Below are positions 22,883-33,636 of a stretch of 64,000 bases of DNA, piece by piece (the first letter of the stretch is position 1; the number at the start of each line of letters is the position of its first letter). Position numbers and translations under genes: made by a program. The notes beneath the pieces were generated by a model. It did not search any database and was not told the origin of the DNA. It saw only the letters and a list, made by a program, of their open reading frames with translations. The DNA comes from an uncultured Acidimicrobiales bacterium. Lineage in GTDB: Bacteria > Actinomycetota > Acidimicrobiia > Acidimicrobiales > UBA10347. The DNA lies in assembly GCA_943788915.1 (NCBI GenBank), contig CALSSD010000005.1:434001-498000 (forward strand), written 5' to 3'.

Positions 22883-23491
22883 TTAGTTCGCGCTGGTTGA
22901 CCAGAACGGGAAGGTGCGCTGTTCGGCTGGCCACATAGGCAGTGGTACATCGAACTGATGATGCATCCATGCGGCCAGATCGTCGCCGATAAGTGTCACG
23001 TTGCTGCCATCGACCAGCAACACCGGGTTGCCGTCGGAATTTGGCACACCATCGGCAGCCGTGAGCGGAACGACGTAGTTCCCGTAGATGGGGAACAGCC
23101 CAGGAGCTTCGTTGATCAGTGAGCGCACGACATCGGCCTGGTCGGACAACGTGGCTGGTTTTGGACCCCAGTCGACCGACCAAAGATCGTTGTGCTCGAC
23201 ATCGAACACGAACCCGGCGACAAGTCGTTCGTTCCATGCAGGCCAGTCGGCTGCTGGATCTGTCCACTGACGCCACGGCTCGTCACTGGGCACACCCATC
23301 ACCAGCATCAGCCCGACCTCGAATGGCAGCTGGCAACCGAGCACCGTTTCGAGTTCACCGATCTTGCGATTCGTCAGACCAGGTGAACGCTCGCCGCCAA
23401 TACGCTCCAACGCCAGGTCCAGGAACGCTTCCCATGCATCCTCGTCGGGACGAGGTTCGACGAACAAGCCATCTAGATCGAAGTCACTCAC
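22883..23491 (-). CDS. SMI1/KNR4-like hypothetical protein
   Basis: GLTNRKIGELE...LP...W pattern and APGLFPIYG. Confidence 0.6.
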   Translation of the reverse strand: MSDFDLDGLFVEPRPDEDAWEAFLDLALERIGGERSPGLTNRKIGELETVLGCQLPFEVGLMLVMGVPSDEPWRQWTDPAADWPAWNERLVAGFVFDVEHNDLWSVDWGPKPATLSDQADVVRSLINEAPGLFPIYGNYVVPLTAADGVPNSDGNPVLLVDGSNVTLIGDDLAAWMHHQFDVPLPMWPAEQRTFPFWSTSAN

Positions 23492-23633
23492 GTCGCTGAC
23501 CGTAGCGCCACAAGCGTGTCGAAGGTCAGCGCATCATTACCGAAGGTCTCGTGTGGGAGCGCTCCGGCGAAGCACTGATCGGGACTGTCCGAAGTAGGCA
23601 ACTACGATCACAGCGTGGCGCAGGCACCTCAGC

Positions 23634-23999
23634 ATGACTGAAATCGAGGGATACCGAGACCTCGAGGTGACTGGTCGCGGCGGTTTCGCCGTGGTCTACA
23701 AGGCCCGGCAGATCTCGGCAGGCAGCGACATAGCCAGCAAGCTGGTCGTATCCAATGGCGCATCATCGGAACTCGGGCGAATCTCTGGTGTCATTTGGGG
23801 CACCTCGATCGATGAACTCGCTTCACGAGGACCGGCTGTTCTTGAGCAAGTAATCCCGAACGAATCCGGGTCCCACCTGGTCGACTTCGCAACAACAACC
23901 GACCAGATCGTGCTCGCGAACACTGGTGTGCACGACCAGGCACCAAACGCTGGTATCGCAGAGATCCTGATCCAGGTTGAAGAAACGAGCGACAACTGA
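23634..23999 (+). pseudogene. Short ORF starting with a Ser/Thr kinase N-lobe fragment
   Basis: IEGYRDLEVTGRGGFAVVYKARQ, then no HRD or DFG. Confidence 0.55.
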
Positions 24000-24562
24000 T
24001 GAACACCGATGAGCCCACAGCCGAACAAGCACCTCCCGACTCGGCATCAGCCGATACCACTGACCTTGTCGCCGCCGCCGCAGCCCAGCTCGTGGAACAT
24101 GTCGACGAAGATGGCGCCGTGATCGAGATCGTGACAAGAGCCGAGATGCGAGCGCGCACGCTACGGCATCGCTCCGTGTACGTCGCGGTGCTGGATAGCG
24201 ACGACCGACTACTGGTCCATAAACGAGCCGATTGGAAGGACGTCTTCCCGGGTGCATGGGATCTAGCCTTCGGTGGCATCTGTGACGTCGGCGAAGACTG
24301 GCTGGCGTCGGCCCACAGGGAACTTATGGAAGAGGCAGGTGTGAGTGGCGAACTCACCGATCATGGTCCCGTCTCCTTCGAAGCACCCGATGTCGCGTTG
24401 GTCGGTCGATTCTATGTGTGTCGCCACGACGGCCCGTTCGTATTCAACGACGGCGAGGTCACCGATTCACAATGGGTGCCGCTTGACGAACTCGCAGGGT
24501 TCATCGAGCGCCACCAGGTTCCGCCGGACTCCAAGCTGGTCGTTACCAGCCTGACCAACTAG
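23999..24562 (+). CDS. NUDIX hydrolase (Idi/YfcD-like)
   Basis: GGICDVGEDWLASAHRELMEEAGV Nudix box. Confidence 0.92.
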   Translation: MNTDEPTAEQAPPDSASADTTDLVAAAAAQLVEHVDEDGAVIEIVTRAEMRARTLRHRSVYVAVLDSDDRLLVHKRADWKDVFPGAWDLAFGGICDVGEDWLASAHRELMEEAGVSGELTDHGPVSFEAPDVALVGRFYVCRHDGPFVFNDGEVTDSQWVPLDELAGFIERHQVPPDSKLVVTSLTN

Positions 24563-24672
24563 CCCGACACCGACTCGCCCGACCCTGACCAGCACACCAA
24601 GGAACACACGTTGTTGTTCGTCCGCACTACCGTCGTGATGTCCCGCAGCGCTCGACCACACCGGGGAGTTTC

Positions 24673-25794
24673 GTGAAAGCAGATCTCTATACCGCTCACG
24701 CACGCACCACAGGCGGTGGCGGGCTGGCTCATCGGACCGATGCTGGTTTCGTGGTCCTCACAAGCGCCGACGGCGACGAGATCATCGCTCTCATCGAGGA
24801 CAAACAGAACGAGCCTGACCTGATCGACCACGTGGTTGCGATGGCCCAGACCAGCGGACCCGACGCCTTCGCCATGTTGTTCACCGCCGGTGGCGAACTC
24901 TATGTGATCGCCTCGGGTACCGCCCAGATTGCGCTGACGTCGCCTTCGGTGCATAGCTCGATGCGACCAATCGACGGCCAAGTGCTGGTCCATGCCCTCG
25001 GAGCAGAGGTCAACGAGACAGCCGCCAATATTCGCCTGCAACTAGATGCTGCCCCCCGTGATGCTCGCCCCGATGTGGACTTGTTGGCTGGCACGGTCGA
25101 GGCCGACTGGGTCGAGGTCGGTATCGGCGGCGCAGTGCTGGCAGCTACCCGCGCAGACGCCGAAGTCGAAGGCACCGCCGACGGGACCGCATCGGAAACT
25201 GCTTCAGCACAACCCGCCGGCCCCACACCCGCACCAGCCCCAGCCATCACACCACCAGACCCCACTCCCGCAACCGCCACACCCAAAGCACAACCCGCAC
25301 CAGCTCAGGTTGGACCTGTCATGGTGCTCGGTGTTGCGTGCTCACAAGCACATCACAACCATCCTGATGCGGTCTACTGCTCGCAGTGCGGAACCAAGAT
25401 GGGCGTGCACCATACCGTGGTACTCATCAACGGACCTCGGCCACCACTGGGTGTGCTGGTCGTCGACGATGGCACCACGTACTCACTCAACGAAGACCTG
25501 GTGATCGGCCGTGAGCCCACCTCAGACCCCGATGTCATCGCGGGCACAGCGTCGCCAATGATCCTGACAGACGACACGTTGTCTCTGTCACGCAAACATG
25601 CCCGGATTGTGCTCGACGACTGGCTTGTTGGCGTACAAGATCTGAATTCGTCGAACGGCACCTATCTGAGTAGATCCGGCCAGAGTGAATCCTGGACCAA
25701 GATCGCACCCGGTACGACGATGGCCCTCGAGCCGGGCGATCGTATACGTGTTGGTGGTCGGATCATCCAGGTCGAGCTACATCACGTCCGTTAG
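24673..25794 (+). CDS. FHA domain protein with Zn-ribbon-like motif
   Basis: CSQAHHN...YCSQCG; IGR, SRKH, SSNGT. Confidence 0.88.
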   Translation: MKADLYTAHARTTGGGGLAHRTDAGFVVLTSADGDEIIALIEDKQNEPDLIDHVVAMAQTSGPDAFAMLFTAGGELYVIASGTAQIALTSPSVHSSMRPIDGQVLVHALGAEVNETAANIRLQLDAAPRDARPDVDLLAGTVEADWVEVGIGGAVLAATRADAEVEGTADGTASETASAQPAGPTPAPAPAITPPDPTPATATPKAQPAPAQVGPVMVLGVACSQAHHNHPDAVYCSQCGTKMGVHHTVVLINGPRPPLGVLVVDDGTTYSLNEDLVIGREPTSDPDVIAGTASPMILTDDTLSLSRKHARIVLDDWLVGVQDLNSSNGTYLSRSGQSESWTKIAPGTTMALEPGDRIRVGGRIIQVELHHVR

Positions 25795-25817
25795 CCACCA
25801 GTTCCGAAAGAAAACGA

Positions 25818-25847
25818 CAAAGGCCGAGCCTTCCAGCTCGACCTTTG
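25818..25847. terminator. Hairpin between convergent genes
   Basis: CAAAGGCCGAGC-CTTCCA-GCTCGACCTTTG. Confidence 0.6.
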
Positions 25848-25869
25848 CTCACAAGAAGTGATCTGACAG

Positions 25870-26193
25870 ACCCAACTCGCCGGGACCGAAGAGGCGTTAG
25901 CTCCGACAGCGTTTCGGCGAGGAACGAGTCGAAAGGCGGACTACCCAAACAACCCAACTCGCCGGGACCGAAGAGGCGTTAGCTCAGACAGCGTTTCGGC
26001 GAGGAACGAGTCGAAAGGCGGACTACCCAAACAACCCAACTCGCCGGGACCGTAGAGGCATTAGCTCAGACAGCGTTTCGGCGAGGAACGAGTCGAAAGG
26101 CGGACTACCCCAAACAACCCAACTCGCCGGGACCGTAGAGGCATTAGCTCAGACAGCGTTTCGGCGAGGAACGAGTCGAAAGGCGGACTACCC
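25870..26193. repeat. Tandem array, 4 x 82-83 bp
   Basis: Units begin at 25870, 25952, 26034, 26117; each contains TTTCGGCGAGGAACGAGTCGAAA; no unique spacers. Confidence 0.97.
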
Positions 26194-26196
26194 GGA

Positions 26197-27126
26197 CTAC
26201 CCGTGGTTCGGGCGACCTACGCCGCCTTCGGGCTTCCCGAACATGTTGCTGTTCAAGCGAGCCTGACCCATGATCTCATTGACGACAGCGCCGACTGACT
26301 CTGCGTCTTCGCCCTGCTGGCCGTGGGGACCTAGGACCCAGCCTTCGGCGATGCCGACTCGTTGGCCAGCAACGTCGAAGATCCGTCCGGTGACACCGGC
26401 AGCCTCAGGGCTTGCGAGCCATGTGGCGACGTTGGCAATCCAGCGAGGACCGAGTTTCTCCTTGGTTTCCTCGTCCATCTGTGAGAAACCAGGAAGGTCT
26501 GCGGTCATACGGGTGTATGCCGCTGGTGCAAGCGCATTACAGGTCACACCGTACTTGGCGAGTTCCATGGCGGTAATCACGGTGAATGCCGCGATGCCGG
26601 CCTTGGCAGCGCCGTAGTTGGCCTGGCCAATATTGCCGTAGATACCCGACGGTGACGATGTGTTGATGACACGAGCGTCGTTGTCTTCGCCAGACTTGGC
26701 CCGTTCGCGCCAGTAGTTCGCAGCGTGATGGGTAGGTGCATACGTGCCCTTGAGGTGTACCCCAATGACGCCGTCCCAGTCCGACTCGCTCATCGAGAAG
26801 ATCATGCGGTCCCGGAGGATGCCTGCATTGTTGATCAAGATGTCGAGGCCACCAAAGGTGTCCACGGCTTGATCGATCATGGCCTTGGCTTCGGCGAAGT
26901 CAGAGACGTTTGCGCCGTTGACGACTGCCTCGCCGCCCATGGCCTTGATCTCTTCGACAACCTGCTCGGCTGGACTGGCGTCGGTCCCGGAACCATCGGT
27001 GGCACCACCGAGATCGTTAACAACGACCTTGGCGCCATGTGATGCGAGCATGAGTGCATGCTCGCGTCCGATGCCTCGGCCGGCTCCGGTAACTACGGCT
27101 ACACGTCCCTCGACGAGATTTCCCAT
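26197..27126 (-). CDS. Short-chain dehydrogenase/reductase
   Basis: TGAGRGIG, NNAGILRD, YGAAK. Confidence 0.95.
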   Translation of the reverse strand: MGNLVEGRVAVVTGAGRGIGREHALMLASHGAKVVVNDLGGATDGSGTDASPAEQVVEEIKAMGGEAVVNGANVSDFAEAKAMIDQAVDTFGGLDILINNAGILRDRMIFSMSESDWDGVIGVHLKGTYAPTHHAANYWRERAKSGEDNDARVINTSSPSGIYGNIGQANYGAAKAGIAAFTVITAMELAKYGVTCNALAPAAYTRMTADLPGFSQMDEETKEKLGPRWIANVATWLASPEAAGVTGRIFDVAGQRVGIAEGWVLGPHGQQGEDAESVGAVVNEIMGQARLNSNMFGKPEGGVGRPNHG

Positions 27127-27217
27127 GGTCAGCTTCCTTGCTGTGCGTGGTGATTGAACAGTCATCAAATGTACGGTCTGTAGTGCCTATGCGCGAAATA
27201 GAACGCGAAATATCCCG

Positions 27218-28012
27218 ATGACCAAGGCTTCTCCGCCAAATCCATCGCCGTTATCACCCGATTCAGGACCCCGGACTGGGATGTATCGCGAACGAGAACG
27301 CCCGTGGTGGGGCGAGATCGATGTGCTCCTGGCCGTCGTCTGGTTCATGGGTGCCATGATCGCGGCAACCACCGTGACGGTCATCGCAACAACCATCGGC
27401 GGTGACGAGATCACCGACAATCCGGTGTATGCCCTTTTCTTTGGCACCGCCGCGTTTCAGATACTGCAAGCCACCTATCCATGGCTGGTCTCACGCCGCA
27501 AGGGCCTTGGCATCAAGCACGACTGGAAATTCGTCTCGGCGTTGCCCAACGACATCTTCATCGGCCTGCTTCTCGCCGTCCTCTGTTTGGCCGGCTCCCA
27601 GGCGGCAACGTTTGGTGCGGCCGCATTGGTGGGGCTCGAAGACACCGCAGACGCCTCGAACACCGGCATTCTCGAAGATAACCGCGGGTCCATCTGGCTG
27701 GTAGGCGTGATCCTTCTTGTTGTGATTGGTGCTCCGCTCGCCGAAGAGTTGCTCTTCCGGGGACTCATCTTGCGCGTCCTACAAAAGACGTTTGGCAGCG
27801 TGTTCGCCATCATTGCCTCGTCGCTACTCTTTGCCCTTCCCCATTGGCAGGTCGATGCCACCTGGCAGGAAACGGTGGTCTTGTTGTCGGCGCTCGGCGC
27901 CGTCGGCCTGGTCCTCGCTACGGGCGCAGTCGTGACCAATCGGCTCGGCCCGGCTGTGATCGCCCACTTCTTGTTTAATGCCATCGGCACCATCGTCACC
28001 CTTTGGTTGTAA
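27218..28012 (+). CDS. CPBP (CAAX/Abi) intramembrane metalloprotease
   Basis: EELLFRG, FALPH, AHFLFN. Confidence 0.9.
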   Translation: MTKASPPNPSPLSPDSGPRTGMYRERERPWWGEIDVLLAVVWFMGAMIAATTVTVIATTIGGDEITDNPVYALFFGTAAFQILQATYPWLVSRRKGLGIKHDWKFVSALPNDIFIGLLLAVLCLAGSQAATFGAAALVGLEDTADASNTGILEDNRGSIWLVGVILLVVIGAPLAEELLFRGLILRVLQKTFGSVFAIIASSLLFALPHWQVDATWQETVVLLSALGAVGLVLATGAVVTNRLGPAVIAHFLFNAIGTIVTLWL

Positions 28013-28060
28013 TACCGAAGCCCTAGAAGAGGCCAAAGTCTGCGCAACCCGAGCGGTACG

Positions 28061-28669
28061 ATGAGACCAGTGCCTGAGTTCTCTAATCCCGACACGGCAG
28101 TTCCGTTGATCATCATTGGTGTCTGCCTGATGCTGATGATCATTACGTGGGCCTTCACCCCTGGCCGGAAGACCACGAAAACGGTCGCCGCAAGTGCGGC
28201 TGCACCAGCGCCGATCGTGGGTCAGACCCAGGTCACCCAGGCGCAGTTAGGCATCTGGCATCGAGCGCATGGCGACTCGGTCAAGCAGTGGATCGAGAAC
28301 CACGAACGAGTGCTGAAGCAGGTATCTGATGGCGGCATGGCCATTGACCTGAATGCCGACCTCACGGGCGGCCACGACGATCTCGGGCCAGCCATCGACG
28401 ACGCAATCGCCAAACACCCTGCGCCTCAGATGCGGGCTCAGCTCAGTGCGTTGGTCCTGGCGAGCCGTAACACCATCGATGCACTTCGCCGCAGCAATTG
28501 GACGAACGCCGAGAAGGAACACATCGCGTATCTCGAGTACCGAGATACCTGGCTCGATCGACTCCGCCAGTTCACCACCGCGGAGTCACAGGTCCAAGAC
28601 CTGCGTTCGATCAGCGCAAACACTGCAGTTCCTGGCTGGCTCGATCACGACGAGCCGCCCCCCGCCTGA
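28061..28669 (+). CDS. Hypothetical membrane-anchored protein
   Basis: 202 aa, one N-terminal TM segment, co-oriented with CPBP gene. Confidence 0.7.
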   Translation: MRPVPEFSNPDTAVPLIIIGVCLMLMIITWAFTPGRKTTKTVAASAAAPAPIVGQTQVTQAQLGIWHRAHGDSVKQWIENHERVLKQVSDGGMAIDLNADLTGGHDDLGPAIDDAIAKHPAPQMRAQLSALVLASRNTIDALRRSNWTNAEKEHIAYLEYRDTWLDRLRQFTTAESQVQDLRSISANTAVPGWLDHDEPPPA

Positions 28670-28680
28670 GTCTCACCGCG

Positions 28681-28983
28681 TTTCACCGCTCCGCTCGGGC
28701 CGACGTTCGTCGGACATGGCAACAACCTTGTCCGGTGCGACTCGTCCCTCGCTCGCGCCCCGCTCCTCCGTCGCTCCTAAGTTTCACCGCTCCGCTCGGG
28801 CCGACGTTCGTCGGACATGGCAACAACCTTGTCCGGTGCGACTCGTCCCTCGCTCGCGCCCCGCTCCTCCGTCGCTCCTAAGTTTCACCGCTCCGCTCGG
28901 GCCGACGTTCGTCGGACATGGCAACAACCTTGTCCGGTGCGACTCGTCCCTCGCTCGCGCCCCGCTCCTAAGTTTCACCGCTC
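28681..28983. repeat. Tandem array, 3 x ~101 bp, of modular hairpin element
   Basis: Units begin at 28681, 28782, 28883 (third has an 11 bp deletion); a fourth start at 28973 abuts the next stop codon. Confidence 0.97.
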
Positions 28984-30468
28984 TACGCGCTGGGGTTCGC
29001 AGCCAGGTGTGAACGGATTCCGTCGACCAAAATGGCGGCGAGTTCGGCCGTGCCTCGTTCGTCGGGGTGTACACAGTCCACTGCGCTGACCCAGGATGCA
29101 CCAACCGTTTCGCCTCGGGCGCAGTACGGGTGCACGTCCTCGACCTGACCAGCAAGCAAGTCACCAATGACCCCGAAGCCGCCCTCGCGAAACCCATCAG
29201 GGCCAAGGCCGTTCGGGGCGCCCTTGCCGACGAATGGTGTCTCGAAATCAACGAACACAACCCGATCAGGATCAAAGCCAGCTGCCACATGTTCGATGAC
29301 ATCGTTCATGCGGCCGAGGACCTCGTCGGCCTTGACCTTGAAGCACTCGCGGCGACACGTTGGTATACCTTGCGGGCTTTCCGCTGTCGGGTTGTAGTAG
29401 TTCGTGATGAAGATGGTGGCATCGGTCTTTGCCAAGATCTCGTCGAGGACAAACGTCAGGTCTGCCTCGATGACCGCCATGCGCCGATCAACCTGCGGCC
29501 GGTCCAGCGTCACGCCGTCGTCGAGAAACAGCTGATCTGGCCCGACGAACCCAGTGTCGTTCGCACCAATGGTGATGGTCACGAAACGAGGGTTCGAACG
29601 GACCGTCCAGTCGAGTTGCGAACGTGTCCCGCTCGCTGGCGTGATGTCCGAGAAACCACCGCTGACCTCGCGTTCATACAGATCGTCGACGTCGGCCCCG
29701 CTGCATGCCAACAGAGCAAACTCGCCCTGGCCAGCAGGAAATACGCCTTCGGCGTTGAGCATGTCGAACACACGCCGTGGAAATGAGTTCGACGAGCGCC
29801 AGCACAGGTCGCCGCCGAGATAGTCCAGCAGATCCAATCCATGACCTGCTGGCACCGAGTCGCCCAGCGCAACAAGCGCCTGCGGATGGCCGGGGAAGCG
29901 GCCAAGCAAGCGTGACATCGCCACTCGTGGTCAAGCCTTGCGTGTCTGTGACCTCGACACGTGCGACCTCGGACTGGGCGGTTAGCGGAACGTAACGAAG
30001 CTGGTCGCCATCTACTGTCAGCCCTTCGGGGCCATCGACAATCCGAATCTCGGCAATCGAACTATCAACGTCGGTTGCGATGACCTGAGAGGTGGAATCA
30101 CCAACCGTCGCCCGTATCGGTGTTGGCAAGATCTCTGGTGGAAACATGGGTGTCGGGGTTGGTGTGGGGCTCGGCGTAGGAGTTGGCGTCGGCGTTGGAA
30201 CCGGTGTCGCTGTCACTGTTGGGAGTGGCGTGGCGGTCGGAACCGGTGTCGCTGTCACTATTGGGAGTGGCGTGGCGGTCGGTGCAGCCGTTGCCTGGGG
30301 CACGATCGCTGCCAGAGCCGGCACCGGGGTGCGACTCACGTCGCTGGCCCGGGCGGCGCCCTCTTCGAACTTCTCGTCGTCGTCATCACCTCGGGGCGCA
30401 AAACCATCGGCACACGAGGTGACAACAAGCAGCACACCGAGCAGCAGGGGGAATACGAAACGGCGCAC
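28983..30468 (-). CDS. SGNH/GDSL hydrolase lipoprotein, split by one frameshift near 29910
   Basis: Lipobox VTSC and PT-rich linker in one frame; ALGDSV, ACSGA, IGAND, DCVHP in another. Confidence 0.85.
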
Positions 30469-30596
30469 AGCAAGCCAAGATAACGCACCGGTCCCACCCC
30501 ATATTCCGCGGTCCGCCTACTTTCAACAACGTGTTCTTCTGTGCTGTCGTATCGCAGCGAAGGTGTTGGCCGGGGCGCAAGTAATAGAATCAGTCG

Positions 30597-31844
30597 GTGC
30601 GTCCTCCTTCGGTAGATCGGCTGGCACGGTCGCTCGCCCACACCGGCCTCCCTCACCCACTCCTTGTCGATGTTGCCCGGGCAGCGATCGCCGACGGCGA
30701 ACACGAACAGGCCGAAGCGCGAGCTCACGCTCTGGCCACTTCGTTGTTGCAACCAGTCATCAATGCCACTGGCACGATGCTGCATACCAATCTTGGCCGA
30801 GCGCCATGGTCACACCAGGCCGAGGCAAGTTTCTCGAACCTCGAGTTCGATCTCGGCACCGGCCAGCGAGGCTCGCGCCAACGTCATGTCGGCCAGCTCT
30901 TCGCCCGCCTGTGCGAAGCCGAAGCGGCGATCATCGTGAACAACTGCGCTGCCGCAGTCACGTTGACCATGGCCGGCCTGGCCGTCGGCCGCGAGGTCGC
31001 GGTCTCCCGAGGTGAACTCGTGGAAATCGGTGGCGGCTTTCGTGTCCCCGACGTGATCGAACAAAGTGGCGCAACGTTGCACGCTGTCGGCACCACAAAT
31101 CGGACCCGGGCCAGTGACTTCGCCAACGCAGCAACCAGCGGCGCCGATGTCGCGGTGAACCTGATGGTGCATCAATCCAATTACAAGATCGTGGGTTTCA
31201 CCGAAGCCCCCACGGTTGGCGAACTGGCCGAACTCGATGTGCCGCTGGTCTGCGACATCGGCTCCGGGCTGCTCGACGCTGCCTGTCCATGGCTCAAAAC
31301 GGGGCCGCCGCCGTGGCTCGAAAACGAACCCGCTGCCAAACAAACACTTGCTGCGGGCGCTGACCTGGTGTGTTTCTCTGGTGACAAGCTGCTCGGCGGA
31401 CCTCAAGCAGGCATCATCGCGGGGCGAGCCGATCTGGTCGCCAAGTGTGCAGCCCACCCCCTCGCCCGAGCGTTTCGGCCTGGAGGCCTGGTGCTCAGTG
31501 CACTGCAAGAGCTGGCCATGGCGTACCTACGTCGCGACGGCGACGCGATTCCGTTCTGGCGTATGGCAGCCCGTACGCCCACCGAGCTGCGAGACCGGGC
31601 TACGGCTCTCGGCGCAGGCCAAGTCGTAGATCTCATGTCAGTGCCTGGTGGCGGCACGTTGCCGACCGTCGAGGTCCCCTCCGTCGGTGTCATGCTGGCC
31701 GGGGACCACACCGAACTGCTCCGGGCCCACCAGCCGCCAATTATCGCTCGGGTACATGACCAAAAGACCTTGGTTGACCTCCGCACCGTCGAACCAGCAC
31801 ACGACGCCATGCTGGCAGCAGCACTCCAGGCAGTGACCGCGTGA
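30597..31844 (+). CDS. selA: L-seryl-tRNA(Sec) selenium transferase
   Basis: VINATGTMLHTNLGRA, SRGELVEIGGGFR, FSGDKLLGGPQ (PLP lysine). Confidence 0.96.
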   Translation: MRPPSVDRLARSLAHTGLPHPLLVDVARAAIADGEHEQAEARAHALATSLLQPVINATGTMLHTNLGRAPWSHQAEASFSNLEFDLGTGQRGSRQRHVGQLFARLCEAEAAIIVNNCAAAVTLTMAGLAVGREVAVSRGELVEIGGGFRVPDVIEQSGATLHAVGTTNRTRASDFANAATSGADVAVNLMVHQSNYKIVGFTEAPTVGELAELDVPLVCDIGSGLLDAACPWLKTGPPPWLENEPAAKQTLAAGADLVCFSGDKLLGGPQAGIIAGRADLVAKCAAHPLARAFRPGGLVLSALQELAMAYLRRDGDAIPFWRMAARTPTELRDRATALGAGQVVDLMSVPGGGTLPTVEVPSVGVMLAGDHTELLRAHQPPIIARVHDQKTLVDLRTVEPAHDAMLAAALQAVTA

Positions 31845-33569
31845 GCGCCACCCACGTCATCTCCACTGCCGGTCACGTCGACCATGGCAAGTCAACGTTG
31901 GTCATGGCCCTGACCGGCACCAACCCGGATCGTTTCGCCGAGGAACAAGAACGGGGCCTGACCATCGACTTGGGTTTCGCGTCGACAAACCTGCCGAGTG
32001 GCCGCACTATCGCGATCATCGATGTACCAGGCCATGTTCGTTTCCTGAAGAACATGCTTGCGGGCGTGGGTGCGGTCGACGCGTGCATGTTCGTCGTCAG
32101 CGCCGTCGAGGGCTGGATGCCTCAGAGCGAAGAACACCTGCGCATCCTGCAGCTGCTCGATGTCACCCATGGTGTTGTTGCACTCACCCAGGTCGACCTC
32201 GTCGACAAGGAGACGCTCGAGCTTGGCCCAGCTCGATGTGGCCGAACATCTCGAACACACCTTCCTGGCCGACGCTCCCGTTATCCCGGTCGACTCCATT
32301 AGTGGGTTCGGCCTCGATGATGTACGCGAAGCTCTCGATGTCGTGCTCGACGACACACCCCAAGCAGCCGACAACAACCAGCCGAGGTTGTGGGTCGACC
32401 GGGCATTCGCTGCCAAGGGAAGCGGCACGGTCGTCACCGGAACGTTGACCGGCGGTTTACTCAAGGTCGACGACGAACTGGTGGTCGAACCTGGCAACCG
32501 TCCGGTACGAATTCGGGCCATACAATCGCTCCATCAGTCGACGAAGAAGATCGGCCCCGGCAACCGGGTTGCTCTGAACCTGTCGGGTATTTCTCACGAC
32601 CAGGTCCGCCGAGGCGACGTCATCGTGCGCCACGGCCAATGGCACAAAACCACCGTCTTTGATGCCAGCCTTCAGGTGCTCGATGGTCTGGACCATGCCA
32701 TTTCTCGCCGAGGCGCTCATGTCGCGTATCTGGGTTCAGGCGAACATCCGGTTGCATTGCGGGTACTTGGCCCCGACGACCTTGCCCCAGGCGAGGCGGG
32801 CTTCGTTCGGCTACGGCTCGGCTCGGCGTATCCCATGTTGCCTGGCGATCGTTTCGTGCTGCGAGAGAGTGGCCGATCCGAAACCATCGGCGGCGGCGAA
32901 ATCCTCGACATTGATCCTGTCACCAAAGCAGCCGAGGCGAAACCAGACCGGTCTGTTGATCGAGTAATCGCCGAGCGCGGTTGGATCACCAGCAACCAAC
33001 TGTTTTTACTCACCGGTGAACGTCGTGATCCAACCATCGGCGAATGGGTCGTCGAGGATGAAATCTTCAACGCGGCTCGAGTTGCGTTGAAGGAACGGGT
33101 CGAGAACGCCGACGGTCTGGGGCTGCCACTGGCTGAACTCGATGTTCGTCACCGGGCGTTGATCGACTTCATCGATGACATCGGTGTCGATGGCACCCAC
33201 GTTCGGGTGATCGATGCTGCTGACGCGCTGAAAGATCATCCGTTCCTTGCCGCTCTCAACGATGCTCCGTTTGCTCCGCCTGGTGCCGATCGGTATGACC
33301 GGGCCGAGGTCCGCGAGCTTGTGCGCCGAGGACTCGTCGTGCAGACAGAGGGCCTCTATTTCTCTGCCGCAGCGGTCGAACAGGCTGCGCAGATGCTGGC
33401 TGGCTTGTTGGCGGCGTCGCCTGATGGGGTGACCGTTTCAGACATTCGCGAATGCTGGGACACCTCGCGCAAATTCGCGCTGCCGTTGCTGGCCCATTTC
33501 GACTCGACAGGAGTCACTCGACGACGCGATGATGTGCGCATCGGTGGACCACGTTTACCGCAGCGCTGA
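31841..33569 (+). CDS. selB: Selenocysteine-specific elongation factor, split by one frameshift near 32225
   Basis: GHVDHGKST, RGLTIDLGF, DVPGH; C-terminal TSRKFALPLL winged helix; overlaps selA stop. Confidence 0.93.
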
Positions 33570-33636
33570 AATTGGCTGAAATTGGTTGTGCGTTCTTGCG
33601 CCCCTACTCGGCGGCGCAAGAATGCGAATATGGAAA

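Noticed and set aside
23990..24005. Sec read-through at the TGA ending 23634-23999
   Set aside because: Ordinary TGATG stop-start overlap; the next gene is in another frame and there is no redox motif.
25870..26193. CRISPR array (also considered for 58-356 and 28681-28983)
   Set aside because: Whole units repeat with no unique spacers, and no cas genes are present.
30140..30290. Tandem repeats in the SGNH lipoprotein gene
   Set aside because: They encode a Pro/Thr linker, common in exported actinobacterial proteins.
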